Notes: generated from the letters alone by a model not told the origin. A stretch of DNA of 64,000 nt from Octopus vulgaris (GCA_951406725.2 OX597839.1:38998001-39062000); one strand, 5' to 3'; counted from the stretch's first letter, positions 13,333 to 25,493 are shown. Made by a program: numbers and translations.

Positions 13333-14372
13333 AGGTACTGATTTAGTGAAACACGGGTAGGCTTGAGACGTATATTTACATGGAGCACTAACAATACAGA
13401 TTACAGAATAAAGAAAAAAAAGATAAGAAAGGCACAGAATTATGTAAAATCTTAGCTCGACAGCTGTTTCAAAACGACCATACATAACTTACGTAATAAC
13501 AATTTTGGGTATGCAATATGCGCATGATGTCATATGTGCTTGCCCTGCGAAGGGTCCTGATGAAATTGTTAAATTAAGTAATGATGGGTCCATCACTATG
13601 ATTCAGAGACCAAAGCCCAGTCAATGCAGTGGAAGCACCGCGACTCACCTCCTCCAAAGAAGGCGAGGGTGCAGCCCTCCGCTGGCAAGGTCATGCTCAC
13701 AGTCTTCTGGGACCAGGACGGAGTAGTGATGACAGATTTCCTGGCAAAGGGTACCACAATTACAGGAGCCTATTATCCTTCTCTAGAGCAAGGTAGCTAT
13801 TGTGTATTTTCTGGCAATGTTTATAAATATAAAAGGTTTAAAGAAAGCAGAATGGAGTAGTGAAGGAGGTGTGGAAGGAAGCGGTGGAAATAGTCAAAAG
13901 GAAGGGATTGTAAAGAGAAGACACGAGATGAAAATATTACCTGACAAAGACTGGTTATAAATGAGTTAAAGTTAATAACTGGCCGAAGAAATATTGCTGA
14001 TAGTTCAAAACAGGGGGAAGATAAAGCAGTCAAGAACAAAAGAGGCGACGAACAGAGTCGTATGAGAGTTAAGCGCTGTGGTAAGGTAGTGGGGAATAGT
14101 AAAAGAAAATACAGCGAATGAAAGAATTTTAGCTAAGACGGCGAGGAATTATAATGATTTTACATAAAGAGCAAAAAGATCTTGCAGAATTTATGCCTAC
14201 AAGGAAAGATTACGTCAGAGAATCGATTAAATAAAGAGCTTTCGTTTTGGCGTAGTATAGCGAGTGTCTCCCGGCAAGATAATTTACAAACGCGATGATC
14301 TGCATTGTAGGGGGCTTCCACCACAAATCATAGACCAGGAGAAGGTATACGTTGTGCTCTGGGTCTTGAGAC
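13333..14372 (-). mobile_element. 3' end of a Penelope-like element: GIY-YIG endonuclease C-terminus, 3' region and degenerate hammerhead; interrupted by a mariner fragment
   Basis: Minus strand 14160-14372 translates LKTQSTTYTFSWSMI / EAPYNADHRVCKLSCRETLAILRQNESSLFNRFSDVIFPCRHKFCK (one frameshift), matching the PLE pattern PY....C.LC..E.L.I....LN...E....CRH. Downstream GAAACAGCTGTC-GAGCT at ~13454-13470. Confidence 0.7.
13585..13776 (+). pseudogene. mariner transposase fragment (catalytic domain)
   Basis: WVHHYDSETKAQSMQWKHRDSPPPKKARVQPSAGKVMLTVFWDQDGVVMTDFLAKGTTITGAYY, typical mariner motifs. Confidence 0.92.
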
Positions 14373-14375
14373 AAT

Positions 14376-15068
14376 ATATATGGGTGGCGAAGGTAGTAGA
14401 TTGTTAAGTCAAAAGTTTTTCAGATTTTCACGGATGATTTTTGGCAACTTGTATCTCCATGTTATATCATTTATTTGATAGAACCTGTTCGGTCGTTGCT
14501 GAATTGTTTATTCTTTATTTTCATATACAACATATTAGAATTAATTCTTTATTTTGCAGTTTTGATAATGGGTGGTGACAAATTTGCGATTAAAGACGTT
14601 TTACGCGATAAAAGAACTGAGTGCAAGGACAGTAGTAAAAAAAAATTAATGATATGGAAGGCCCAGGAACTATCAACGATTGTGTGGCACAAAACTGGCT
14701 CGGACGTTTCAAGAAAAGTGATACAAGCCTCGAAGACATGGTAAGAAAAACTGTCTGTTGTGGAAGCCTTGCTTGAAATGGTTTAATAATAGCCAAGCTC
14801 AAGCACTTGTACAAAGTCGGCAGAACTTGGTCCTTCATAAAGAACCATCAATCGACACGTTCATAAGCTCGGTCTTGTGAACAGACACTGTTGAGAAGCC
14901 CACATGAACTGACCAATTAACAGGCTCAACAACGTATGAACATTTGCAAATAACTGCTGGCGAAAGCCCGAAACGCCTGTTTTGGACGTCGAATTGTAAT
15001 TAGGGATAAGAAAATGGATCTAATTTTATAATCCTGATAACAGGAATCAATGGCTTCGTTCCGGCTAG
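14376..15068 (+). pseudogene. Decayed mariner element, 5' portion
   Basis: With stops and frameshifts: RTINRHVHKLGLV...PHELTN*QAQQRMNICK*LL...RIVIRDK.WI*FYNPDNRNQWL. Begins at a TA run. Confidence 0.75.
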
Positions 15069-15138
15069 GCTTCAGTGTTGACTTGGAGAAAAAGATTACT
15101 CAATAGCATAGTACATTATGTTTCGATCAAGTCAGTCC

Positions 15139-15186
15139 CTTGCTACTCTGGGTTTCGACTGTGGCAGCACCGTGTCTTCAGGCAAG
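15139..15186 (-). ncRNA. Type I hammerhead ribozyme motif (complete core, minimal stem III)
   Basis: Minus strand cttgc-CTGAAGA-cacggtg-ctgc-cacagtc-GAAAC-ccaga-GTA-gcaag. Stem I 5/5 bp, stem II 5/7 bp, GUA site. Confidence 0.75.
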
Positions 15187-15695
15187 TTACATACATATCT
15201 TCCGAAGGCACGGATCTATTTTGCCGACGAGGATCAGGCAGTACATTTTTGGCATCTGCGCCAAACGGTCGGTACGGACGGACTCGAGAGATGCGAATCG
15301 TTATGGACTCGGATGTGCCTGTGTGTTTGTGTGTGCGGCCGCTCGTGTTTGCGTGTCACTACATATACAATGACAACGAACGAAGATTAAAAGAACTCAA
15401 TAGTTACATTAAGTAGATGTTTAGAATGTCAGATTATAATTCTGGATTATAGGATTCCGTTTCTGAGTGTTTCAAACCATTTCTCATGTGAGACAGGCTG
15501 ATGTAGCAAATCTTCAGTCATGATCACCGAATGAAAAAATGAAAACAAGAAGAAAAAAAAAAAGAAAAGAATTAAATGAAGCCAGCAACGAGGTGTATAT
15601 TTTTCTATCAGCTGACCCCGTATGAGGAATGCTCAATCACAAAGGATTTGCTTTACTGAATGTTTTAATCTTGAACAGCAACTGCACTTGATACA

Positions 15696-15766
<71 letters not shown>

Positions 15767-15948
15767 GCACACACACACACATATATAAACAAATAAATAT
15801 ACATATGCATAGATTTATATATATATATAGATATATGCAGAAATATAGGTATGTGCATATACATAATCATATATATACACATATAATACAAATATATATC
15901 TATACTATACATACATACACACATATATATATACATACGATATATATT

Positions 15949-15994
<46 letters not shown>

Positions 15995-16680
15995 CACACA
16001 CTCAGACAGAAAAGAGATACGGGGAATACATTCCAATTTTATTTTCCTTTTATCCACACGTTCTTTTATTCTTATATTCTTGTATTCTTTTACATTTGTT
16101 CGTTTATCTGCATTCTTCTATTTATTTATTTATACATTTTGGTATTTTTACTCCAACTGTACAAGACGTGCTTACTATGAACAGATCAAATATTATATAT
16201 AATTAGAATATGAAATTATCGCCTGAATCCATTAATTCAATCTATCTGCTTCTTAACTTGCCTGCCTGCATCCTACCGTTCCTTCCTGCCTTGCTGGCTG
16301 CTTGGTAGGTTTGCTTGATTCAATACACCTCTCAGTCATCATTAATTGACAATTTTCTCAGCTAAATACTTCATCACGTCGCTTCCTAATTGTGTTTTTA
16401 GCACGAATTTCATGCGAGTCACTTCACCCACCACAACTACGACCAACAGCCCACCACCGTCACCGCCGCCGCCGCCGAACCACCCTCCACTTCATCCGTT
16501 CTTCTATTCCTCTGCCTTGCACTCTTATCTTTGTCTACCTCTGCTTTTTTTTCTCCTCTCCACTGCGAGATTCTGCGCTGCTCTACCTTACACGCTCTCC
16601 ATCAGTCATCATTGCAGATATTTCCAGGTGATATGATATTATGATATCTATATCTATATCTATATATATATCTCTCTCTC

Positions 16681-16721
<41 letters not shown>

Positions 16722-16725
<4 letters not shown>

Positions 16726-16999
16726 AGGCGCAATGGCCCAATGGTTAGGGCAGCGGACTCGCGGTCGTAGGATTGCGGTTTCGATTCCAAGGCCGGGCGT
16801 TGTGAGTGTTTATTGAGCGAAAACACCTAAAGCTCCACGAGGCTCCTTGCTGAACTCTTTTGCCACAACTTTCTCTCACTCTTTCCTCTGTTGGCCTGCT
16901 CGCTTAGCCAGCGGGGTGGCGTCATCTGAAGGCTAAAACAATGCGAAGCGCATTGTGACCAGCGATGTGTAGCAACATCTGATAGCCTGGTCGGTCACG

Positions 17000-17003
<4 letters not shown>
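16722..17003 (+). mobile_element. SINE family A, alternative-tail variant
   Basis: Same head as 3032-3418 (GTGGAGGCGCAATGGCCCAATGGTTAGGGCAGCGGACTCGCGG) but an unrelated 3' tail ending GCCTGGTCGGTCACGGTGA-(TA)n. Confidence 0.88.
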
Positions 17004-17068
<65 letters not shown>

Positions 17069-17203
17069 GTGTGTGTGTGTCTATGCATATAAAACTAGGT
17101 ATATGAGTACGCACATACATAATCTCGCTTACACGAGCTAAGATTATACTACTTAGCTTCATGCACCTCTGTCTTGTGTTCTATGTGTGAATGTATATAT
17201 TGC

Positions 17204-17252
<49 letters not shown>

Positions 17253-17263
17253 TGGCCGGTTTA

Positions 17264-17327
17264 TAGGGTTACCTAGGGTTTGGCGCCCGTAAAGCACTCA
17301 GCTTTACACACGTCTCGTCAGACCCTA
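17264..17327 (-). ncRNA. Type I hammerhead motif with one core defect
   Basis: Minus strand tagggt-CTGACGA-gacgtgt-gtaaagc-tgagt-gctttac-gggcgc-CAAAC-cctag-GTA-acccta. Stem I 6/6, inner stem II 7/7, palindromic CCTAGG in stem III; the G of GAAA is missing. Confidence 0.7.
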
Positions 17328-17344
17328 ATGGACGGTGGACTATA

Positions 17345-17520
17345 TTCTTAAGCAGCACCGTTTTCCTGGCGTGCATGACGATATCTATGTCCATCCCGCT
17401 ACTATCAGTGAAGTATCCCTTCGATATAGACGGGTAAAAATCGACCATGTCGAACTGGGCGAACCTTATTCTGCCCTTCTTCATGCTGTTATTAAACTAT
17501 GTAATCTCCTCGTTGATCGT
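17345..17520 (-). pseudogene. Penelope-like reverse transcriptase fragment
   Basis: RFAQFDMVDFYPSIS...DIDIVMHARKTVLL matches the PLE RT pattern F.QFDI.DFYPSI...IIMHARKSLLF; internally deleted. Confidence 0.75.
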
Positions 17521-17769
17521 CTCCTTATATCGTTGATAGATCACCTTATATATAGATCACCTTGTGTACAGTTCTCTTAGGCCGTCAGAAGCTTTTAGAT
17601 GGTCTTACCAAAATGCAAAGTTTTCTTTGAAAATTTCCTTTCAAATTCAAACTTAAGGCCAGTTTAATTAAGTTTGAGAAACATTTGAATATGTAAAGGC
17701 TTTTCACTGCAGTTTGTTGAGAAAATTTCTCGCTTAAGAAAATAAGGGGTCAAAACGCAACAGAGAGCC

Positions 17770-17840
17770 CAGAGTGCCGATAAACGCATTTCGAACTCGT
17801 TAGTTCTCCTCAGCTCCAGGTACCAAGTGAGACAACTCTG
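17770..17840 (-). ncRNA. Degenerate minimal hammerhead motif
   Basis: Minus strand CTGAGGA-gaact-aacg-agttc-GAAA-tgcGTT. Stem II 5/5; only distal stem I pairing (CAGAGT/ACTCTG). Confidence 0.5.
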
Positions 17841-18047
17841 TCTAGAAAGTTTTGCTTTATTTATCGTAAATCAGTCATAGATTGAGATAGAACACATTGG
17901 CCGTCAGGCTGAAACAAATTTCTAGGCAGGTGTGTGGAAAGAATACCAATTGAAAACAAGTTTAAATATGTTTGAGAGATATTGCCCAACAACAATATGG
18001 TGCTTGGTATTATTTCTGGCAAAATGCAGTTGTTTTTAACAGTGAAA

Positions 18048-19080
18048 CACGATTTCGGATAACAATCTCATGCAAATAACACACTATCTCCGATCAAACG
18101 TTTACACAGAAGGTATTATCTGAGATAGAAATTTCTTAAAAACTACGGTATCTCTGTTAAAATTTCTAACAAAGAACGTACGATTTTGTATAAAACATTT
18201 TGCCAATAAGATAGGATCTAAGTCCAAATGTTTTCCTAAATACTCGATTAAGATTCTTGTATTCGAAAATGATGGTGGATCAAATTGTTTGCAAAGAATA
18301 CAGGATCTCAGTTCAATCCTGTTGCAAAGAACGCATGGTTTCAGAGCATATTTCTTGCGAAGACCACATGACTGCGGATCAAATCTCTTGCAAAAGGTAC
18401 GCATGACCGCATATAGAATATCAGGTAAAGAACATATGATCGTATATGAAATTGCATTAAAGATTGCATGATTTGGAATGAAAAGTTGGGTACAGCTCAT
18501 GCTGTTGAATCAAACATCATGCAGAGGTCACATAACCTTAATTCAACCACACGTCAAAGGTCACAGGATCCCGGATCAAACATGAAGTAAAGAAAACACG
18601 ATCTCAGATCACATAGCATATAATAAGAACATCATCTCGGATCATTACGTAACATACCAGAACATGATCTTAGATAAAACATCATGCTTAGCTAATAAGA
18701 TCTCTGACCAAACATCATGCAAATATCACTTAATGTCAGATCATGACCTCGGATCAAACATTATGCAGAGAACACATGATCTCGGATCAAAAGTCATGCA
18801 AAGATGAAGTGATCTCTCACCAGCCATTGTGCAAGGATCACGCGATCTCGGATCAAACATCAAGTAAATATCACAAGATCTCAGAACAAACGTCAGACAA
18901 AATTCACATAATCTCGGATCAAACATCATATGATTTTGGATCAAAAATCCTGCAAAGAGTACATGATCATAGACCAGATATCGGAAAGAGAATAGACCTG
19001 TTCTAAGATAGAATCACATGCACAGAACACACGAGAGGTTGCGATTAACACAATATTTCGGATCAAATCTCTCACACAAG
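18048..19080. repeat. Highly diverged tandem array with 33-bp period (~30 units)
   Basis: Approximate consensus GATCTCGGATCAAACATCATGCAAAGAACACAT. Unit starts at 18271/18304/18337/18370, 18501-18699 and 18745-18910 in exact 33-bp steps. Confidence 0.9.
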
Positions 19081-19201
19081 AAGTAACAGTTCTTAACCAG
19101 ACCACGTGAGCCTTAAAAAGATACCTATCAAGAAGAACATATGAACAATGGTAATGTATTATAACATATAACATAGGACAAAACTAAATAGAAAAAACAT
19201 T

Positions 19202-19621
19202 AGCTTGTTTCATTCATAGTACTGCGGCAATGCTGGGGCACCGCCTTGAAGGGTTTTAGTCGAACAAACGACGCCATTATTCAAGCTGTTTTATTTTAAA
19301 GTAAAGTGTGTAGGTAAGTTTTACCGAATCGATAAGGTACGAAGAAATAGGCAAACCAATACCGGTGGTCAAGCGAGGGGTGGGGTGGGGCACAAGAACA
19401 GATACAAACACAGATAGATACTTTATATATATATATATATATATATACGACGGGCTTCAACATAGTTTCTCTCAACAAATTCTCAAATTCACACACCAAA
19501 TATTGGTCGGCCCGGAGTTTTAGTAAAAGAGACTTCCCCAAGGTGGGGGGCAGTGAGATTGAACCCGGAACCACCTGGCTGCAAAGCAAGCCTTTTAGCT
19601 AGCCACACAGCTACGCCTGCA
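19202..19621 (-). mobile_element. SINE family B, diverged
   Basis: GCAGGCGTAGCTGTGTGG head on the minus strand, internal (TA)n, 3' module GGCGGTGCCCCAGCA. Confidence 0.8.
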
Positions 19622-19639
19622 CGTATAAGGTGTGTGTAT

Positions 19640-19682
<43 letters not shown>

Positions 19683-20275
19683 AGGAGAGAGAGAGAGAGG
19701 AGATGGGGAGAGAGAGACGGAGATGGAGAGAGAGAGGGAGATGGAGAGAGAGGGAGATGGAGAGGGAGAGGGAGAGAGAGAAGTAAGGTTTATCGTCACG
19801 TAAATGTGACTGTTCTATAAGAACAGACAATACTACTATTTTAACCCCAGGAGGACGCCTCCTCCCGCTGTTTATTCTGTGTGCCTTCGTACTCGATATA
19901 CATTGCAAGCGAGGAGATAATTCCCTACTATTCTAGCTCTGAGACCAACCAGATAACGTGATTTCGACCTCATTTTGCTCATCTTCATTGATGGATACTT
20001 GTCTGCCAGACATAGTAGTAGTTCTCACCCATCTTGCAATATATAGAAAGACAGTGTCACACAGCCGCTCGTTTTACAATTAGCTTCACAAAGGTAAGAA
20101 GAATTGCTTAAAAAAAACAGATTGTAGAGTAAAACTACATATTGCGTGTAGCGGACACCCACCATCCTAACCTAACTTGCTTCTGTCGCGATTCGGAGAT
20201 TCCAGCACTAAACGCTCCTCCAGGCAATGATTTTTTGAGTCACAATTTTCACAAAATATTCGTCGCAAGTCTCAT

Positions 20276-20306
<31 letters not shown>

Positions 20307-20369
20307 ATGTATGGACATATAAAGCTACATGAGTATATGTATACGTATATGAATATTTGTATAATTATG

Positions 20370-20406
<37 letters not shown>

Positions 20407-20599
20407 TATATTCATATATGCACAAGTATATTTATTTAGATGTAAGTGTATGTATATATTGAGGACATATAAGTATACATAGAGATATATAATCTACACA
20501 CACACACAGATGAACACACTCATACGCACGCACGCGCACACATGCACACTAAGAACCAATTATTCTCAACTAAGAAGGTTAAAGCTGTTTCAGTACGAC

Positions 20600-20960
20600 T
20601 ACCGCCACCACCACCACCATCATCATCACCGCTACCACCACAGCCACCACCACCACCACCACCACCACCACCGACATCACCATCACCACCACCACGACCA
20701 CCAGCAGCACCACGCCATTGACTACCACTACCAACACCACCACCACCACCACCACCACCACCATCAGCAGCAACACCACCATCACCACAACCACCACCAT
20801 CCACATCGACTACCACCAACTTGTTCGCAACTACCACTACTATTCTCCACCACCACCACTACCACCACCTCGACCACTATCACCAACATCAACAGCACTA
20901 CCACCACCATCCACATCGAGCACCACCACCTAGTCCACAACCACCAATACCACCGCCATA
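20600..20960. repeat. (CAC)n/(CAT)n microsatellite
   Basis: Directly visible; source of the poly-His and poly-Thr ORFs. Confidence 0.93.
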
Positions 20961-21178
20961 CATACTATAATGTCAATTAAACACTGGTATCTTCTCTCAA
21001 CATAAATGTCAAAAGAAAATTACTGTCGTCCATTATGAAAATGTCTGCCGTATTTCTTATTTTTAGTTCTCAACTTGAAACTGTTTCGTACTGTTTTTAC
21101 GGATCACTAGTTTTTCTCTCCAGCTTTCTTCAAATGTCTTCTCCAGATAAATGAATGAATGAATCTATCTATATATCT

Positions 21179-21218
<40 letters not shown>

Positions 21219-21333
21219 GTAGATAGACACATACTTACACATTCTTAAGCACACATAACTACATACACATATTCACACATATATTTATGCGTATACATTT
21301 CTATATAATCACATATATATGTATATCCATTCG

Positions 21334-21432
<99 letters not shown>

Positions 21433-21479
21433 GTGTGTGTTTATTACAGGCGACATGTTAAAACACTAGACTCATTCCA

Positions 21480-21870
21480 TCTTCACTGATTTCGTTCAAT
21501 TTGCATCACCAAGGGGCAAGACAATGTCCTCAACAGAGGGTTTATTATAAAATGTGACATTTTAGGTATAGACAGTTTCCTTATCGATGCGCAATTCAAG
21601 GGTTGGCTATGCGGCACGCATGCAAGACTCATTTACCTAAAACCCCTCTTCGATGGTCTGCTTATTTCTAGTGCCAGGTACCAAGGCTGTTCACTGCACC
21701 CGTCCAAGAACATTCTAAAGACCTGCTGGTAAATCTGCAAGATAAATCTGAAGACTTGGGAATTTGTAGCACTGATTAGAGATCAGTGGAAAAGTTCTTG
21801 CTATCAAGCCATCTCCGACTTTGACACTATGATAATCTTGAGATTGCCTGACGGAGAAAAGAGCTTAGCA
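21480..21870 (+). pseudogene. Decayed RTE-clade LINE ORF C-terminus
   Basis: Fragments such as LKPLFDGLL, KNILKTC, CKINLKTWEFVALIRDQWK resemble the RTE C-terminal PK.LF.G.L...KD.LK...C.I....WE..A.DR..W pattern; heavily mutated. Confidence 0.55.
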
Positions 21871-22074
21871 CTGTCACAGCTGGGTCCAATTTACCCTCAA
21901 GTGACGGAGACCATCACCACAATATCTGCAAATTCTGGATACAAGTTTGTTGGGATAAATTTGACAGCTTACATAAAAAGAAAAGAAAACACAAGGTCCT
22001 ATCCAAAAACAAAACTTATTAAAAAGTCAATAAATATCAGCTAGATTTTAGCTGGGAGATAACAGTTTACTCGA

Positions 22075-22410
22075 AGTAGCCTCCCCGCAAGGCGGCTCAG
22101 GAGCCTGGCACATGCATTCCTCTTTGTGTCCCCGGAAAGATCTTTGAACACGTCCTTGATCTTGGTCACCAGCTCGGCCTTTGTGTTGCAGGTAGAGCGG
22201 TTGGTGTTTTTCTCAACCGTGCCCTACATGGGATTACAATCGGTGGGATTAGACGGCTAGAAATTAATAATGGTGAAGTTGTAGAAATCCTCCGACAACC
22301 ACTTCTGATTTTTACCGGAGGTGTAGCAAGGAACCGAATCCTACTGCCACACATATGGCCGTCCAGCAGTTTTACATAGCCGTCTGTATTGAGCCTAAGC
22401 CCCTGTTCAT
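22075..22410 (-). pseudogene. Tc1/mariner-superfamily (maT/DD37D-like) transposase C-terminal fragment
   Basis: GLRLNTDGYVK / GRPYVWQ*DSVPCYTSGKNQKWLSEDF...PSNPTDCNPM*GTVEKNTNRSTCNTKAELVTKIKDVF...NACARL. Confidence 0.8.
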
Positions 22411-23067
22411 GCAACGTCTTACAACTTTTATAACGTTCACAAAGCATTGAGTAGCAGTCACAATGTCGGCATTTTGATACCCGGCGCGAATCATGACACC
22501 GTGGACAGTTCACCAACACAGCAAGCTGTCCCTGAAAAAGGAGACAGGAAAATTCGTCAAATCTTGTCCGAACATCCTGTAAGTCTGATTTCCCACATGA
22601 AACAACACGGTAAAACATCGAACTAAGAACACTCTGAATTAATGTCCTACAGCACTTTCAATGGTCGAAACAGCGTGAAAATCCAATATAATATAATATA
22701 ATATGATATAATAGAGTAACAAATAAATCTATATTCACATCAAGCTAATGGCAACATGCAATATCTCATTGTAAACAACAGCTCTGTCAAATAATTGCCA
22801 TTGTAACAAAAGATCAGAAATAAGGCGTCTCCAAAGAAATCTCGTCAACAATGGCTAAACAACTGTTTTACTGCTTACTTAAGCTCATCTTGCCTTTATA
22901 AGCAGCACAAGCCCAGATAAATGTGAATGGTGAACATTCACATTTTACTTTTGGTTCGAACTGAATCGGATTTTCGAACAAAACAGAAGATTGGACATTA
23001 TTATGATCATTGTATATTAACGGCAATCCTATAAGTACAGTTATATGCACGCGCGCACGAACTTATT

Positions 23068-24235
23068 TATTAGGGGTAGCGAAAAATAATGTCGCATTTC
23101 ATATTATGAAATTAAATCAGCATAAACCTAATCGTAAATATATTTATTCATTCAAAGTATAATCGACATCGTTAACAATAACGTTTCCCCGTCTCAAAAC
23201 TAGCTTTCTGGTATATCGGGTAACAAAATGTCAGGTTCTTTAGGAAAGAAAAATGTTTGGAGCGCTGTTTTGACATCGTCCCTGCTTCTAGATGTATTTC
23301 CCCTAATAAGATATTCAACTGACCGGAATAAACAAAATATCTCATTGTGTAACCCCTATTAGGTATTGAAGGTGAGGTAGAGCTTCGCAGCAAAATGAAT
23401 GTATTTTTCTTTAGGTTATTTTCACTGAATGTGGCCTTGCATTATCATGAAGTAACAACTTCCTTTCTCTATGCATTTTTAGGTGCTGACCCGCCACAGG
23501 CCGCCTGCTCCATTGGGTGCTTGGAGCTAAGAGTATGACTCGAAAAGCGGCCTGCAACCTCTGCACCAGGCAAGCAACTAAAAGTCAAGAAAACACCAGT
23601 TCTGCGGTTGGCAAGCTGGAATGTCAGGACCATGTGTCCTGGAATATCTGATGATCTTCTCAGGATTGAGTATCAGGACATGAAATATAAAAGCCGGACT
23701 AGACTACTTTGTGCGCAACTCCATTGTCTCCCGAGACAGAAAGGATGCCAACCAACTAAGATGATATTGCACAGTAGACCAAAGTTTATTAAGCGTCTGC
23801 AGTAAGGGCCTGATACTTTGACGCGGGACCTCTTCAATTGCTCTTTTCACCGCGTCATTATTGAGACTAGCTGGTCTTCTTCATTGATACCCATTCGAAA
23901 GATCGAAATCTCCGTTATTGAATTCGTTAAACCATAGCAATGTCATTTCGGAACACACACACACACACAAGCAAAATATCAAATATATAATTTTTCCGTT
24001 AGCACTTGTTGCATTGTTGTCCTTACGGAATTCGTAAAGCATGCAATGCTGAATGGGGAGCTCACAGAAATCCTTGTCGTCCATGGGCCTTCACATAGAG
24101 TATACACACGCACACAGAACGTATCGACATTAACTTCATGCTCATTACAAGGACACATTTTATTGGCCTCTAAACTATTTGTGGTATGACGTCAGACTAT
24201 TTGCTTCAAAATACATTACTTTGAGGTACCCAATA
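23068..24235 (-). mobile_element. Decayed, internally deleted mariner element with both TIRs
   Basis: N-terminal HTH IQHCMLYEFRKDNNAT...WFNEFNNGDFDL...RPASLNNDAVKRAIE...WSTVQYHL; C-terminal LLLHDNARPH...EALPH. Degenerate TIRs TATTAGGGGTAGCGAAAAATAATGT and TATTGGGTACCTCAAAGTAATGT. Confidence 0.8.
23482..23670 (+). mobile_element. RTE-type LINE 5' fragment (start of APE endonuclease) inside the mariner
   Basis: KKTPVLRLASWNVRTMCPG, the N-terminal WNVRT motif of AP-like endonucleases. Confidence 0.75.
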
Positions 24236-24442
24236 ATCTACACACGCTCGCACACACACACACACATACACACACATACGCACACACAAAACATTTATAT
24301 ATGCATATATGTATACATATATACATGCATGAATATCTACACACACACGTAAACATATAAAATTTTTATATATATTTATATATACATATTTATCTATTTA
24401 TACATACCTATATATATATTATTTATAATTTTAGCAGTATTA

Positions 24443-24553
<111 letters not shown>

Positions 24554-24640
24554 GTATATATATCGTACAACACGTGTTTAAATACAATAACCGGAAGAAT
24601 TACTGTATACGTTGAAGTAGAGTTGAATATTTAATCAAAA

Positions 24641-24694
24641 CAGTCTTACTGAGCCTCCAATGAAGTTTCACGTGAACGCTTCATCAGGCGACTG
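24641..24694 (-). ncRNA. Degenerate hammerhead motif in a ~160-bp island next to (TA)n
   Basis: Minus strand cagtc-gc-CTGATGA-a-gcg-ttca-cgt-GAAAC-ttcattggaggctca-GTA-a-gactg. Stem I CAGTC/GACTG is offset from the core. Confidence 0.5.
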
Positions 24695-24791
24695 CTGGAG
24701 CGGAAACGTGAAACCCAAACAAACACACTGAACAAATGCTATATACAGATATACGTACACATATCTACACACACATAAATATATAGTATGC

Positions 24792-24841
<50 letters not shown>

Positions 24842-24842
24842 A

Positions 24843-24896
<54 letters not shown>

Positions 24897-25382
24897 CACA
24901 CATATATACACACACACACACATTATGCATTCATGTGTGCGTGTGTGTCTGTGTTGTTATTACAAAGAAAATCAAAGACTCATTCGACTTAATTAAATTT
25001 TACAATAAACTTTATTTTATTTTTTTTAGCGTTTTGCTTTCTTTTTCTTTGCTTTTTTCTCTCTCCAATTATTGTTTGTTATGTTTTATTTGTTGTTAAT
25101 TATCCTTCGTTCCCCACTCCTCTCGTGCCCACACCAATGAAGTATCCAATTAACAAATCTTCATCTTAATCATATCCATAGCCCGTCCCCCACCCTCCTT
25201 TCCACCTTACCCACACGCCCCCCATACTGCCTCCTCCTCATCACATACCACTCCAACCAGCAAACCAATCAATCACTTGCTTTCAATTACACATACTTGT
25301 TACATGCGCACACACGTACACACGAAATATTCACACACTGATAGAGGCAGCCACACACACACACGCACTCACATACACACAC

Positions 25383-25419
25383 GGACGCACACAGACATAC
25401 ATACACAATGGGATGCAGT

Positions 25420-25452
<33 letters not shown>

Positions 25453-25493
25453 ACACGGACGCACACAGACATACATACACAATGGGATGCAGT

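Noticed and set aside
16722-16800. tRNA-like sequences with A and B boxes (also ~3340-3418, 12530-12605, 55150-55225)
   Set aside because: They are SINE heads continuing into shared bodies, with no convincing acceptor stem.
18048-19080. CRISPR-like appearance of a conserved core plus variable segment
   Set aside because: Variable parts are homologous to each other, the repeats are too degenerate, the context is eukaryotic and there are no cas genes.
22919-22945. Perfect 11-bp hairpin AAATGTGAATG/CATTCACATTT
   Set aside because: Short and AT-rich; could arise by chance and has no supporting context.
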